Source: a cyanobacterium endosymbiont of Rhopalodia gibba
GTDB lineage: Bacteria > Cyanobacteriota > Cyanobacteriia > Cyanobacteriales > Microcystaceae
Assembly: GCA_045159875.1 (NCBI GenBank)
Contig: CP067995.1
Location: forward strand, 2,560,001-2,624,000
Length of the DNA stretch: 64,000 nucleotides
Direction: 5' to 3'
Both the position numbers and the translations under genes were made by a program. Positions within the stretch are counted from its first letter, which is position 1. Each line of letters begins with the position of its first letter. The notes under the pieces are model-generated. The model ran no database searches. It was not told the origin of the DNA and was given only the letters and a program-made list of their open reading frames with translations. Shown here piece by piece: positions 21,962 to 33,702 of the stretch.

Positions 21962-23592
21962 AAATAATAAATTTCATAATCGGCTGAATTTGTCCCATTA
22001 TTATAGACCCGATAAACAAAGGATTCTAAGTATCGTTAAGGATGGGTCACATACTTTGGAGATCGGGATCAGATTGAAATTGACACTCCTATAGCTTTAG
22101 TTTTGTTGAAGCCGTAGGATTCTCCTAATATAGCGGATCCTTATGATATAGCCCAGTCGAACAAGGATAGCTAAACGTATGTATTCTTGTTTGACTAGAT
22201 TCACCGAATCAAGAGCTGTGTAAAACAGTTCATCAATTACACTGTTCAATCAAATATACATAACTATATTTTTTGAGGTCTAGGCAATGTTTGAAGCAAA
22301 ATTTCAAAAACAAAGCTCGAAAAATACTTATTCAGCACTATTTTTGATGACTATTATCGATGGATCATCATCTGGTAGTTTTCTCAACTATTATACTTGT
22401 GACTATACTATATTTGATTCATCTATTGTAGATAGGGCAACATTATGCTGATTGACCTTAAGTCCTTGTTTAGTAAATTTAACCGATTACTTAGTCTAGT
22501 GCTTTTTAAGCATTATTATTTTAATTTTATCTTTTTTTATTCAAATAAGTGTCAAAAAATGAATAATTTTATATATTTACAGTTAATTAATTAGAGTCTA
22601 TTTAGGAACAATTTCCTTGTTTTTTGATAAATATTTAAATTAATTAACTTAGCTTAATACTATTTGCATTTAAGCGGTTTTATGGATTTTTTATAAGTCC
22701 TGTTTTAACCTATTTTCTCTATAATCAGATTTACTACTAGGGTGTAAATTTTTTGAATATATATAAAAATCTTCCGTTTTTATTGTGACAATTTGACTTT
22801 AACTTAAGCATCTATATACACGGATTTATTATCAATAATAGCTTATTTGTCTTTACAGTATTTTTATTTACTAGTTTTTGTTTTATTCACCACCAGCTTT
22901 TTTTAGAATCTTATATATTTTTACGGAGATCAATTTTCCTCTTTTCTCTTTTTTGTAATTTTTAATTGTTATTAAGTGTCATAAGTTTTTTATTTATAGG
23001 AGCTATATAAAAAATATTAATTTTTTTTATATTTTGGTAATTTTTACAGCCTTTCTGTTCCTTGCATAACTTATCTAAAAATTATTTTTTTTTGTATTTT
23101 CTGGAAATTTTATTCAATCTGCAATTTCTTTAGTGTTCTATATTCTTAAATATAAACATAGTATTTTCAGTTTTATTCTCCTTCTAAAGAAAGTTTTTGG
23201 GGTGCAAGTAAATTTTTATGATATTGACTCTTATCATTCTATTAGCTGAATTTTTATAAACGTTAACATATGGCAATCACTCTTTCTTAACTATATTTCT
23301 ATTTGACACATATTTAAGGCAATTGACCTGGCTAGATAGAAGAGTAAAGTTTTTAACAGTGAAAGGTTAACAATAATTAAAAAATCGCCTAGAAAAGTAA
23401 TTTTTAAGTGCTATAATTTAACCTAGTGATGATAATATTTACGTTTTAATCAAGTATCCTCCAAAACTTACTATATCGTCGATAGTTGACATTGAAAAGG
23501 TACTTCTATTTTTCAATAAAAACTGTCGTATTACGGCGTAGTTTTAGATCTAAAGTTTCGGAGCCATAACAATTCTAAATACAATTTTATAT

Positions 23593-24315
23593 ATGATAAC
23601 TAATCCTCCCTCATTTCCTATTCTCAATGTTTTCGTACATCTTCTTGATGATTATTCTTATTGGCTACTTCAATGCCTCAATCATCATAAAGGAGTTCAT
23701 GTTGTAACTCTGAACGCAGAGATGGCTATGTTAGCCGAAAAAGATTCCTCGGTGACAGAAGTCATTCGTGAAGCTGATTTAGTGATTCCTGATGGAGCTG
23801 GTATCGTCCTGTATCTGCGGCTGCGCCAACAAAAACAGCAACGATGTCCAGGGATTGAACTGGCACAATCGTTGATTCAAGAATTGGGGTCCCAAGAAAA
23901 TTCCCCTTTAATTGTTTTTTATGGGGGAAAACCTGGAGTTAGCCATGTAGCGGCAGACCAATGGCGTAAGAAATTTCCAGGCATTTCTATTCTTTCATCC
24001 CATGGCTATTTATCCTCAGAAGAAGAAGAGCTATGGCGACAAACTCTATTAGACAAACAACCACAATTAATTCTTGTAGGGTTGGGGGTTCCTCGTCAGG
24101 AATTTTGGATTAGGCAACACCGTTATTTATGTCCCCAAGGGATTTGGATTGGAGTTGGCGGAAGCTTTGATATTTGGTCTGGGACTAAAGAGAGGGCTCC
24201 TCGGTGGTTACGAGACAACAATTTAGAGTGGCTCTATCGTTTATGTCAAGAACCCTGGCGTTGGCAGCGAATGTTAGCTCTACCTAGGTTTTTTTTACGA
24301 TCACTTATCCATTAA
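23593..24315 (+). CDS. WecB/TagA/CpsF family glycosyltransferase
   Basis: VVTLNAE, DLVIPDGAG, LVGLGVPRQE, GVGGSFD, RAP..LEWLYRL..EP.RW.R. Confidence 0.95.
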   Translation: MITNPPSFPILNVFVHLLDDYSYWLLQCLNHHKGVHVVTLNAEMAMLAEKDSSVTEVIREADLVIPDGAGIVLYLRLRQQKQQRCPGIELAQSLIQELGSQENSPLIVFYGGKPGVSHVAADQWRKKFPGISILSSHGYLSSEEEELWRQTLLDKQPQLILVGLGVPRQEFWIRQHRYLCPQGIWIGVGGSFDIWSGTKERAPRWLRDNNLEWLYRLCQEPWRWQRMLALPRFFLRSLIH

Positions 24316-24559
24316 GTCAAGATTGCCGAGCGATTACTTGACAGCACTTTAATCCCGAGATAATAGCGAGGAGTATAGTTGGATTGATCGTCTATACAAT
24401 TATTTCTTCAGGTCGAGACTTTAATTTGTCTGCTGTTGCTGAAAAAATTAAGACGGAAACTCAACTTAAAATATTGAACTATTTCAATAAAAATATTCGA
24501 TAATAGTTATTACATAATGATTTTCAAGTAAATATAGACTTTCGATAAACTGGTTCTTG

Positions 24560-25123
24560 AGAGAAGTTATAGTATCTTTGTCCCAAACTCCAAAAGTGGA
24601 GAATGGATAGTTAAGCGATTTCTCGTGCTCACTAAAACAACTTTACAGGGAAAGTTTTGACAACTTTTGAGTTAACTTCATTAACGGAAGCTAAAGAACT
24701 TACTATCTAGAATAGGCTCACAGCGATCTCCGATTAAAGCCGTTACCCTCAATTGAACTTAGAAGTAATCTTTGTAAAATTGCTGTAGAACTGGTGGCCA
24801 ATAATCGCCGCAAACTGAGTAAAATATCGTAACACATAATTCATGCAAGTTGTTTTCCACCCTCTAAATCTCCAATTTTCTGGATTACAGTTGTCTATTT
24901 TTGATATATGCTTTTAGCCTTTGGGAGGATTTTGTCCCCGGCAACAGTCAGTTTGACTCTCGTACTGCTATAAAAAAAGCACAAATTCGGTCCATAAAAG
25001 CCGTTTTATGGACCGAATTTGCCGACTAATAGTAAGCTGTGTCAACCAACATCGTCGTGCTGCTTACCCAAAATTTCTTATTTTAGCGATCATTAAAAAT
25101 ATTTACAATTATTCAATTCGCAT
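24560..25123 (-). pseudogene. ntcB: LysR-type regulator NtcB relic with a large internal deletion
   Basis: From ATG 25123: MRIE*L*IFLMIAKIRNFG*AARRCWLTQLTISRQIRSI, then RVKLTVAGDKILPKAK, IGDLEGGKQ, PVLQQFYKDY..VQLRVTAL, and C-terminal KVVLVSTRNRLTI..HFWSL; these match NtcB motifs. Confidence 0.82.
24982..25021. repeat. Perfect inverted repeat, 18-bp arms, 4-nt loop, inside the ntcB pseudogene
   Basis: caaattcggtccataaaa-gccg-ttttatggaccgaatttg. Confidence 0.95.
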
Positions 25124-25702
25124 GGGGAAAATTTAGATTATGGATTATGCGTCTTAGGATATATTGAGCAATAAGAGACTCACTTTCTAAGTTTATTAGA
25201 GATTGATACTTTATCATAGTTGATTTCTTTAAAAAAGATAAAAATTCCTAGTTAACTTGATATTTTAAATTTTTTATCCGAAAAACACTTTTCAATTTTC
25301 TCATTTTTTTATCTTTTAATCACTGGTACTGAGCAATGAAAATAGTGAACTACATAATTACTAAAACTTCCTACAAATATTTTACTAATACCTTTAATTC
25401 CTAGTTTTTTAATTAGAATCGAATCTACATCTCCACTATTGGCTAACACTCTAACCCAACAGCCATATTTTCCGATTCTCTAGTACCGTTTGCTAGAGTA
25501 GAAAACTCAGCTAATTCTTGATTAGAAAGACTGACGTAGAGACTTAAGGTTTAACTTGTCAGCAGTAAGCGATAAAACAACATTAATACGGACACATCTT
25601 AGCAATATATAAAGGTTTTTTAAAAACTAGTCTCCCTAAAATATCTTTATCCATTGCAACTAATTTTTTTTTATAGGACATAACAATTCTCCTTTTGATA
25701 AC

Positions 25703-26869
25703 TTAAAGACTGCTGACAAATTGAGATAATCTGTCGATCCCTTTTTCGATAGAAGTTAAATCGGTAGCATATGATAAACGAATACAATTATCTGCTCCGA
25801 ATACTGTCCCTGGAACAGCTGTGACCTTTTGAGAGTCTAAGAGTGCGTCACAAAAATCGAGAGAACTAATTTTGGTTTGACTAATATCTGCAAAAACATA
25901 AAAAGCACCCATGGGGGTCGGACAACTTAGGTGAGGAATTGTCATAATTCCGTCCAAAATAACTTGACGGCGTTTAGTAAAGGCTTGTAGCATTTGATAG
26001 ACGGAGTCTTGAGATTCTTCTAAAGCGGCAATTGCTCCATATTGGGCAAAAGTACACACGTTAGAGGTACTATGACTTTGAATGATATTAGTAGCTTCAA
26101 TTAATTCTATAGGCGCAGCCAAATATCCTACACGCCACCCTGTCATTGAGTAGCTTTTAGCAAAGCCATTACTAATAATTGTACGATTAAAAATCTCAGA
26201 ACTCACTGCTCCAATGCTGAGATGTTCTGCCCCGTCATAGAGAATCTTTTCATAAATTTCGTCGGCAACAACCCACAAATTGTTCTCCACAATGACCTCA
26301 GCTAACGCTTTAATTTCTGTGGCAGAATAAACAGTTCCAGTTGGATTCGAGGGAGAATTTAGAACAAATAATTTTGTTTTAGGGGTAATCGCTTGACGCA
26401 GTTGATCTGAAGTGATTTTATAGCTTGTTTCTGTCGTTGTTTGCACAATCACCGGTGTTCCTGTTGCTAATTTAACCATTTCTGGATAACTTAACCAATA
26501 TGGAGCCGGGATAATTACTTCATCCCCAGGATCAATCAACGCTAACATCAAGTTAAATAAAGACTGTTTACCCCCATTGGTCACAATTATATTGTCTGGG
26601 GTATAGTTTAAATTGTTATCGATGCGTAACTTTTTAGCGATCGCCGCTCTTAGCGTAGGTTCCCCTGCCACCGGGCCATACTTAGTTTTTCCTTGATTTA
26701 TAGCGAGTTTGGCCGCTTCTTTGATATGTTGTGGGGTATCAAAGTCAGGTTCCCCAGTACTAAAGCTACAGACATCAATACCTTGTGCTTTCATTGCCTT
26801 AGCTTTGGCGGCAATTGCAAGGGTAATTGATTGAGAAACCTTCCCCACTCGTGTTGCCAGTTTAATCAT
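25703..26869 (-). CDS. aspC: PLP-dependent aminotransferase class I (aspartate aminotransferase)
   Basis: [37 protein letters not shown]; start probably ATG at 26869. Confidence 0.92.
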   Translation of the reverse strand: MIKLATRVGKVSQSITLAIAAKAKAMKAQGIDVCSFSTGEPDFDTPQHIKEAAKLAINQGKTKYGPVAGEPTLRAAIAKKLRIDNNLNYTPDNIIVTNGGKQSLFNLMLALIDPGDEVIIPAPYWLSYPEMVKLATGTPVIVQTTTETSYKITSDQLRQAITPKTKLFVLNSPSNPTGTVYSATEIKALAEVIVENNLWVVADEIYEKILYDGAEHLSIGAVSSEIFNRTIISNGFAKSYSMTGWRVGYLAAPIELIEATNIIQSHSTSNVCTFAQYGAIAALEESQDSVYQMLQAFTKRRQVILDGIMTIPHLSCPTPMGAFYVFADISQTKISSLDFCDALLDSQKVTAVPGTVFGADNCIRLSYATDLTSIEKGIDRLSQFVSSL

Positions 26870-27009
26870 TCGATTCGATATTCCCAGGCCAAACAAACAA
26901 TAATTCTATCCATGATATCGTCTCACTGGTGGTGTATCTCAGGTTTTAACGAATACTTTCTTAAGTCCATAGAAAAATGGCACAATGAACTCATCAGAAT
27001 TTATCTTAA

Positions 27010-27762
27010 ATGTCTATGACTATGCATCCTCAATTACAGACAGCCTTAGCTCAACATAAAGCCCTCAAAGTGATTAGTGGATTAACCAATTTCGATACAG
27101 CGAACGTTACGGCTATTGTTAAAGCTGCCCAAGCTGGGGGCGCAACTTTTGTTGATATTGCCGCAGATGGGGCGTTGGTGCGCCATGTACGTCAATTAAT
27201 TGATTTACCTATTTGTGTCTCAGCAATTAAACCGACGTTGTTTATCGAAGCGGTTAAGGCCGGAGCAGATTTAATTGAAATCGGCAACTTTGATGCTTTT
27301 TATGCCCAAGGACGGCGATTTGAAGCAGAGGAAGTTTTAGCCTTAACCAAAGAAACCCGCTCTCTTCTCCCCGAAATTACCCTTTCGGTGACGGTTCCCC
27401 ATATTCTTCCCCTTGATGAACAAGCCCAATTAGCTGAGCGCTTAGTAGAACTTGGAGCTGATATTATCCAAACCGAAGGGGGATTCAGCAGCCAACCTAC
27501 TCATGCAGGAACTTTGGGGTTAATTGAAAAGGCTGCCCCCACTCTAGCTGCTGCTTACAGCATTTCTGATGCGGTATCTGTTCCGGTGTTGTGTGCGTCA
27601 GGGTTATCTTCTGTGACTGTTCCTATGGCGATTGCAGCTGGCGCATCCGGTGTGGGGGTAGGAGCAGCCATCAATCAACTTAATGACGAAGTAGCGATGG
27701 TCGCTGCCATTCGTTCTTTGGTAGAGGCATTAACCACAAGTCCAGCTATAATTCTCCGTTAA
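27010..27762 (+). CDS. ycf23: DUF561/Ycf23 family protein
   Basis: ALKVISGLTNFD, GGATFVDIAAD, ADLIEIGNFDAFY, ADIIQTEGG. Confidence 0.9.
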   Translation: MSMTMHPQLQTALAQHKALKVISGLTNFDTANVTAIVKAAQAGGATFVDIAADGALVRHVRQLIDLPICVSAIKPTLFIEAVKAGADLIEIGNFDAFYAQGRRFEAEEVLALTKETRSLLPEITLSVTVPHILPLDEQAQLAERLVELGADIIQTEGGFSSQPTHAGTLGLIEKAAPTLAAAYSISDAVSVPVLCASGLSSVTVPMAIAAGASGVGVGAAINQLNDEVAMVAAIRSLVEALTTSPAIILR

Positions 27763-27782
27763 ATATTTCCTGGAATCGATCT

Positions 27783-27815
27783 ATAGAGACGTTTATTTAA
27801 CTCAAGCGTCTCTAT
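27783..27815 (+). terminator. Possible terminator hairpin after ycf23
   Basis: atagagacg...cgtctctat followed by ttt. Confidence 0.45.
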
Positions 27816-28283
27816 TTTGATTAACTCGTTAAGCTGCCTAAACATAAAAATGAATATAAATAATTCCGAAGTAAAAAAATGGTAATTATTCAGAAATAGC
27901 TCTAATTTTAAACTAAAAAGGATAGAAAAATGTCATTACCTCAAAAAGGACTATCTGCTGATTATCATAAACTTGACAAATATTGTATCTATCAAAATTA
28001 ATGGTTGAGAATCAAAATTAATAAAATCATTCTAAAAAATTTCGACTAAGCTCAATAGAGACACAAGAATATTAAAATTTTTGTAAATATTTATCCTGTT
28101 AATTTTTTTGATTATATCTTAAGGGTTAGTATTCTACTGATTCAGATTAGTTAGATAAGATTTAGTCAATAATTAAAGTCTCAAGTTTATTTATAGTCAA
28201 CTTTATGAGCGCGAATGATAAGAAACTTATCATTATTTTAATTTTTTTATCTAGAGAACTAAAAATTAAAATAAATTGACTAG

Positions 28284-28324
28284 GATAACAGTCAGCAATT
28301 TCACCAAAATTGCTGACTGTTATC
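28284..28324. repeat. Perfect inverted repeat, 18-bp arms, 5-nt loop
   Basis: gataacagtcagcaattt-cacca-aaattgctgactgttatc. Confidence 0.95.
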
Positions 28325-28379
28325 ATTTTATGCTTATCCTTAATAATTGGAACTTAGATAGATTTGAGAGTAATTTGTA

Positions 28380-28607
28380 ATGAATACTTCAATAATTCGA
28401 CAACTTTGGTCTATAGTAGAAGAGAGCTCTGCCAGAACCTTAGTAAATTTAGATGACTCGGATTTAGTGAGTCAATTACTGAAGAAACTCGATGCACAAT
28501 ACTCCTTGTCCTCGGAAGAATTACAGGTCATGAAAGTTTATTTTCGTTCGAAAACTATTTTAATTCGAGATATTGCCCGTTCTCGTCTGGAAGACTTTTT
28601 TGATTAA
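28380..28607 (+). CDS. Small conserved cyanobacterial hypothetical protein
   Basis: 75 aa; IRQLWSIVE...L..LDD..LV..LL...LS..E......Y..SK..LIRDIA pattern. Confidence 0.75.
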   Translation: MNTSIIRQLWSIVEESSARTLVNLDDSDLVSQLLKKLDAQYSLSSEELQVMKVYFRSKTILIRDIARSRLEDFFD

Positions 28608-28750
28608 CTTGTAGTCTGATACACACTTTTCTGACACAATCACCATAACTGATAACTTCTACTATTCCCTATCCCCACATTGTGTTGAAATCATGAAAGT
28701 ATCAGAATGGAATGTTTTAGTCCATCCCATTTGAGGAATCATAACTTATA

Positions 28751-30502
28751 GTGACAGTGATGAGGAAATCGTTAAAGAATTGTTCTTCGGTCGTACAAGT
28801 CTTGCTATCTGTGGGAGTCACATTTGTTTTATTGGCCTGTAATCGTCAACAAAACAACCTAAGTTCTCAGATAACACCCCAAAAACCAAGTGAAACCTTA
28901 AATTTATTGTACTGGCAGGCTCCCACTATTTTAAATCCTCATCTTTCTACAGGATTTAAAGATTCTGAAGCTAGTCGTATTACATTAGAACCTTTAGCCA
29001 GTTATGATAATCAAGGTAACCTAATACCTTTTTTAGCCGCTGAAATTCCCTCTATAGAAAATGGGGGTATTTCGCCTGATGGCAAATCGGTAACATGGAA
29101 ATTGAAAGAAGGAATCAAATGGTCAGATGGAGCCCCATTTGTGGCTGATGATGTAGTATTTACCTATCGATTTATTACTAATCCTAAAGTAGGTTCAACT
29201 AGTGCAAATAATTATGCCTCTGTTGAAACAGTCGAAGCCATAAACGAAAATACAGTAAAAGTAGTTTTCAAGCAACCTAATCCAGCTTGGAATCTTCCTT
29301 TTATTGGTGGAGGAGGAATGATTTTACCTCGCCATCTTTATGAAGGATATAACGGTGAAAATGCACGGCAAGCCCCTGAGAATCTAATTCCTATTGGGAC
29401 AGGTCCTTATAAGGTTGTAGAATTTAAACCTGGGGATGTAGTGGTTTATCAAGTGAATTCCCATTTCCGGGAAGTTGATAAACTAGAGTTTAAAAGAATT
29501 AAATTGAAAGGAGGTGGAGATGCCGCTTCTGCCGCACGAGCGGTGTTACAAACAGGCGATGTAGACTATGCTTATAATCTACAAGTGGAAGTTAACATTT
29601 TAAACCAATTGGAAGCAGGTGGAACTGGAAAAATAAAATCTATTTTTGGAGGGACTAGTGAAAGAATTTTAATTAATTTAACTGATCCAAATAAACCAAC
29701 AGCAGAGGGAGAAAAATCTAGTTTAAAGTTTCCCCATCCTTTTTTTCAAAATAAGCAAGTAAGAGAAGCTTTTAGTTTAGCAATAGATCGGGATACGATT
29801 GCTAAACAATTGTATGGAATAACCGGAAAAGCCACCTCAAACTTTTTAATTGCTCCTTCACAATACAATTCTCCTAATACAAGTTACGAGTTTAACTTAG
29901 AGAAAGCATCAAAGTTATTAGACAAGACAGGGTGGAAAGACTCTAATAATAATGGAATTCGAGATAAAAATGGAACAGAAATGAAAGTAGTCTTTCAAAC
30001 CTCAGTAAACCCACTACGCCAAAAAACGCAAGAAATTGTTAAGCAAGGACTACGAAAAATTGGGGTAGATGTTGAACTTAAAAATGTTGATGCAAGTATT
30101 TTCTTTTCCAGTGACCCGGCAAATAATGATACAGTAGAACATTTTTATGCTGATTTAGAAATGTTCACGACAGGAAATGGGAATCCTGATCCTAGTACTT
30201 ATATGAAGACCTATATGTGTGATACCATTCCTCAAAAATCAAATAACTGGTCTGGAGATAATTATTCTCGATATTGTAACCCAGAATATGATAGACTATG
30301 GCAACAAGCAACCCAAGAATTAGATACTAAAAAACGACAAGAAATTTTTATTAAAATGAACGATATTCTGGTTAATGATTTTGTAGTAATTCCCTTAATT
30401 CATCGAGCTGATGTTGTTGGAATTAGTGATAACATTCAGGGATTTAAATCAACTCCTTGGGACTTTAATACCTGGAATATTAAAGATTGGAAAATAAACT
30501 AA
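28751..30502 (+). CDS. Peptide ABC transporter substrate-binding lipoprotein (OppA/DppA family)
   Basis: Lipobox LLAC, WQAPTILNPHL, LKEGIKWSDGAPF.ADDV.FT, GTGPY, VREAFSLAIDR. Confidence 0.93.
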   Translation: MTVMRKSLKNCSSVVQVLLSVGVTFVLLACNRQQNNLSSQITPQKPSETLNLLYWQAPTILNPHLSTGFKDSEASRITLEPLASYDNQGNLIPFLAAEIPSIENGGISPDGKSVTWKLKEGIKWSDGAPFVADDVVFTYRFITNPKVGSTSANNYASVETVEAINENTVKVVFKQPNPAWNLPFIGGGGMILPRHLYEGYNGENARQAPENLIPIGTGPYKVVEFKPGDVVVYQVNSHFREVDKLEFKRIKLKGGGDAASAARAVLQTGDVDYAYNLQVEVNILNQLEAGGTGKIKSIFGGTSERILINLTDPNKPTAEGEKSSLKFPHPFFQNKQVREAFSLAIDRDTIAKQLYGITGKATSNFLIAPSQYNSPNTSYEFNLEKASKLLDKTGWKDSNNNGIRDKNGTEMKVVFQTSVNPLRQKTQEIVKQGLRKIGVDVELKNVDASIFFSSDPANNDTVEHFYADLEMFTTGNGNPDPSTYMKTYMCDTIPQKSNNWSGDNYSRYCNPEYDRLWQQATQELDTKKRQEIFIKMNDILVNDFVVIPLIHRADVVGISDNIQGFKSTPWDFNTWNIKDWKIN

Positions 30503-30599
30503 AGTCAACTTTTAAGTTTAGTATAAATAATACAAAGTCTAGTTGTGAAACCTTACTTCTAACAAAGGAAAGACAATATAGATAAGAATAAGGTCTAGA

Positions 30600-31490
30600 T
30601 ATCCTCTTTTTTAAAACCTAAAAAAAGAAGTGCCAGAAAAATCTAAATTCTGTAGATTTAAAAGTGTTCTTATGGAGAAATTCTCAACAATAGTGTGCTA
30701 GCTGTAGCAATAAATTATGCTCATAATAAAGAAGTTATCAAAAAATATAGTAAATTTGGAGAAGAAAAGATTTAAAAAATTAAGAATAAAAAATTAAAGC
30801 AAAAAGAAGAAAATAAACCTTAACTAATAAACTACTTAAAAAAGTAGACTAGTAATTAAAATTGAGATCAATAGATAGACGAATATAAACACAATTAAAA
30901 GTACTCGTAGAGAGATACAATTGTGGCAATAAAGTTTTGGACTAAAGAGAATAAATTTGTTTAAAAAAGTGCAGATATTCTGGTCAGAATTTTAAACACA
31001 AATTATAGGAAAAGAGAGTTTATTAGACAAAAAAAATATTTAAATTTGACCTTCAAAAGTTTAAAAAATAGAAAGAAGAGATCTAGCAACCTAAGTAGAT
31101 ATATGTTTTTTTGATAGACCTAGAATAGAATTGAGGACAATCAAAAGAAAAGTTGGAAGTTCCATGTGAAAAAAACCAACTATTGTGGTAGACTGAAGCT
31201 GTGAACGGTCATAATGTCTGTGGATTAATTAAACTACTTACGGGAAAAGCCTTATGGAATTTAATTCCAAGAATAAATACAAAATGGCTGAATTTAGTTA
31301 GTGAACATCTGGCTAAAACGGCAGACAGTTTCATAGCGTAAAGAGACAAATTACTTTAAAAATTACTGGATATATTTGCCAGCTTACTCTCCAGAGTTAG
31401 AGCTAGTAAAGTGATTGTAGATACTATGTAGATAACTGTTTATTTTATGAGTATTTTCAAAAAACTCTAAGTACAGAAGAAGTCTTACTA
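30600..31490 (+). mobile_element. Highly decayed IS630-family transposase relic
   Basis: Fragments NNSVLAVAINYAHNKEVIKKYSKFGEE, RIELRTIKRKV, LTGKALWNLIPRINTKWLNLVSEHLAK and PAYSPELE, with many stops. Confidence 0.78.
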
Positions 31491-31515
31491 AATAGTTGTT
31501 ATATTCGCGGTTAAA

Positions 31516-31569
31516 TAAAACAATCAAAGATTTAACCAATGATAATGAGTTAAATCTTTGATTGTTTTA
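31516..31569. repeat. Perfect inverted repeat, 21-bp arms, 12-nt loop
   Basis: taaaacaatcaaagatttaac-caatgataatga-gttaaatctttgattgtttta. Confidence 0.95.
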
Positions 31570-31640
31570 GGCTGGTATAGCCATCGAATTTAATATAATA
31601 GTTGCATTGCACAAAACTCAATATATTGGATCATTATCAA

Positions 31641-32609
31641 ATGACATCTTACTTAATTAAGCGTTTATCAACCGCCATTCCCACTCTACTTGTCATTAGT
31701 ATTGTTATTTTTACTATTTTAGCTTTAGCTCCAGGTAATCCTTTGGGAGAATTTGCTTCCAACCCGGCCATTACACCAGAGATAAGAGAAAATATTCGTA
31801 AAAATCTAGGGTTAGATCAACCAATTTATATTCGTTATATAAAATGGATTTTAGCTTTTATTAGAGGAGATTTAGGCTATTCTTTTACTAGTAAAAGCCC
31901 AGTTATTTATCTGATTTTACAACGAATCCCTACTACATTATGGGTGGCTGGAACTGCTTATCTCCTAAGTTTTTTGATTGCTTTTCCTTTAGGAATAGTT
32001 TCTGCATTAAAACGATATTCATTGCTAGATCAAATTGCAACGACCTTTGCTTTTTTAGGATTTTCTTTGCCAACTTTTCTTACAGGATTATTATTTATCA
32101 TTATATTTAGTGTTCAATTAAAATGGTTTCCTTTTATTTATAACAGCACATTACAAATAACCAATTGGTCAAGTTTTGTTGAACAAATAAAGCAATCTAT
32201 TATGCCAGTTTGTGTATTAGCTTTATATCAGTCAGCGATTTTAATGCGGTTTTTTCGTTCAGCAATCTTAGATGAACTCCCCCAAGAATATGTCCGCACC
32301 GCCTATGCTAAAGGATTAGGAAGTTTTGCTATTTTGAAAAATCATATTCTTCGGAATGCCATGATTCCCGTTATAACCTTGATAGCTTTAGATATTCCTA
32401 CAATTTTTACTGGGGCATTAGTTACGGAACAGGTATTTCGTATTCCTGGAATTGGAGCTTTATTAATTGAATCGATTTATCGTAATGATACCCCAGTAGT
32501 TATGGCTATTACCTTTATTTATGCAATTTTAATTTTTATTGGTAACTTTGTCGCCGATTTTACTTATAGTTTTTTGGATCCACGAGTCAAGCTAAATGTA
32601 AAAAAATAA
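31641..32609 (+). CDS. Peptide ABC transporter permease (OppB/DppB family)
   Basis: LGLDQPIYIRY..W..GDLG.S, EYVRTAYAKGL, HILRNAMIP, TEQVFRIPGIG; ATG at 31641 preferred. Confidence 0.93.
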   Translation: MTSYLIKRLSTAIPTLLVISIVIFTILALAPGNPLGEFASNPAITPEIRENIRKNLGLDQPIYIRYIKWILAFIRGDLGYSFTSKSPVIYLILQRIPTTLWVAGTAYLLSFLIAFPLGIVSALKRYSLLDQIATTFAFLGFSLPTFLTGLLFIIIFSVQLKWFPFIYNSTLQITNWSSFVEQIKQSIMPVCVLALYQSAILMRFFRSAILDELPQEYVRTAYAKGLGSFAILKNHILRNAMIPVITLIALDIPTIFTGALVTEQVFRIPGIGALLIESIYRNDTPVVMAITFIYAILIFIGNFVADFTYSFLDPRVKLNVKK

Positions 32610-33702
32610 TTATATTAGCTATTTATTTTTTTCTTCATTATTGATGTTCTTTATATAAAGATCTTTATTATGTCTCAGGAATGTATCGTTGTTTCCAAGC
32701 ATTATTAGACGCAGGCTATATAAGCCTAGTACAAAAAGATTTTTATTTAAAAAATACGGTTTCTGAGGACAGTGGAAAGTTCTTAAATTAGATTACAATT
32801 GTTATGTTGGCTTTAGATTTTTAGTTAAGTCTTAGCTTGGTCCTAGATGTTGTTATGATTTCTAGTTTTTCCTTATTAGAAATTAGGTCTTAGGGGAGGT
32901 TTGCTAGTCTTGGATATTTTATTTTTGTTTCTGTTAATCTCATTGAATTAATTGATTCAGCAATTATTTAAACGGGATTTTTAGTATTCCGTCACTATTA
33001 TGCCTTCATAAAAGAGTCAGCAATATTGGTTAGTTTTCTTGTCTAGTGTAGTGTCTCACCGATTGTTGCCTTAATTTATACCTATGTTATATTCATCGGA
33101 ATGAGCCTTCTATATTTTTAGTTAAACTTCGTTAAAGTAGCTAAAACTTTGCCACATGAGATGATCTCTTTATACCGAGGCGAGGTTGTTGTATGCTAAA
33201 AGGCATCAAGTTTATGGTTGATATTACTTTGCTACGTTAGTTTGAGCGCAGATCAACTAGCTTAAGTCTTTAAAATCTTTCTAGGACAGTTGTTGCTTGA
33301 TTGTATAAGTAAGCTAAGAAAAACTCTTTTGGTAGCTTGAATTGTTGACTAATGGAAGACCCTTCTGATGAAAAAACTACTCTATTGCCAGAGGGATTGT
33401 CTCAATCAGTTTGCCGTTAGTATAAGTTCTATTGGTTTTTAACTTGATTACTTCCCAGTCTAAACCATCACGGCAGATTTTTATTTTAGATGATGACGAA
33501 ACACCACAATACCATAGAGGACAATCTCATCGTCGATATAGCGTGATATAGCGTCTCATATGAATTGTTAATTCGATATCAAATGCCCAATAGCACACGG
33601 GTATGTTGTTGTCTCGATAAAGTAAGGTCAGATTAATAACCAAATTTTAAGCTAACAATCAGAATAAGATTTTAAGTATAGTCAGGAACTATATACTCTT
33701 AT

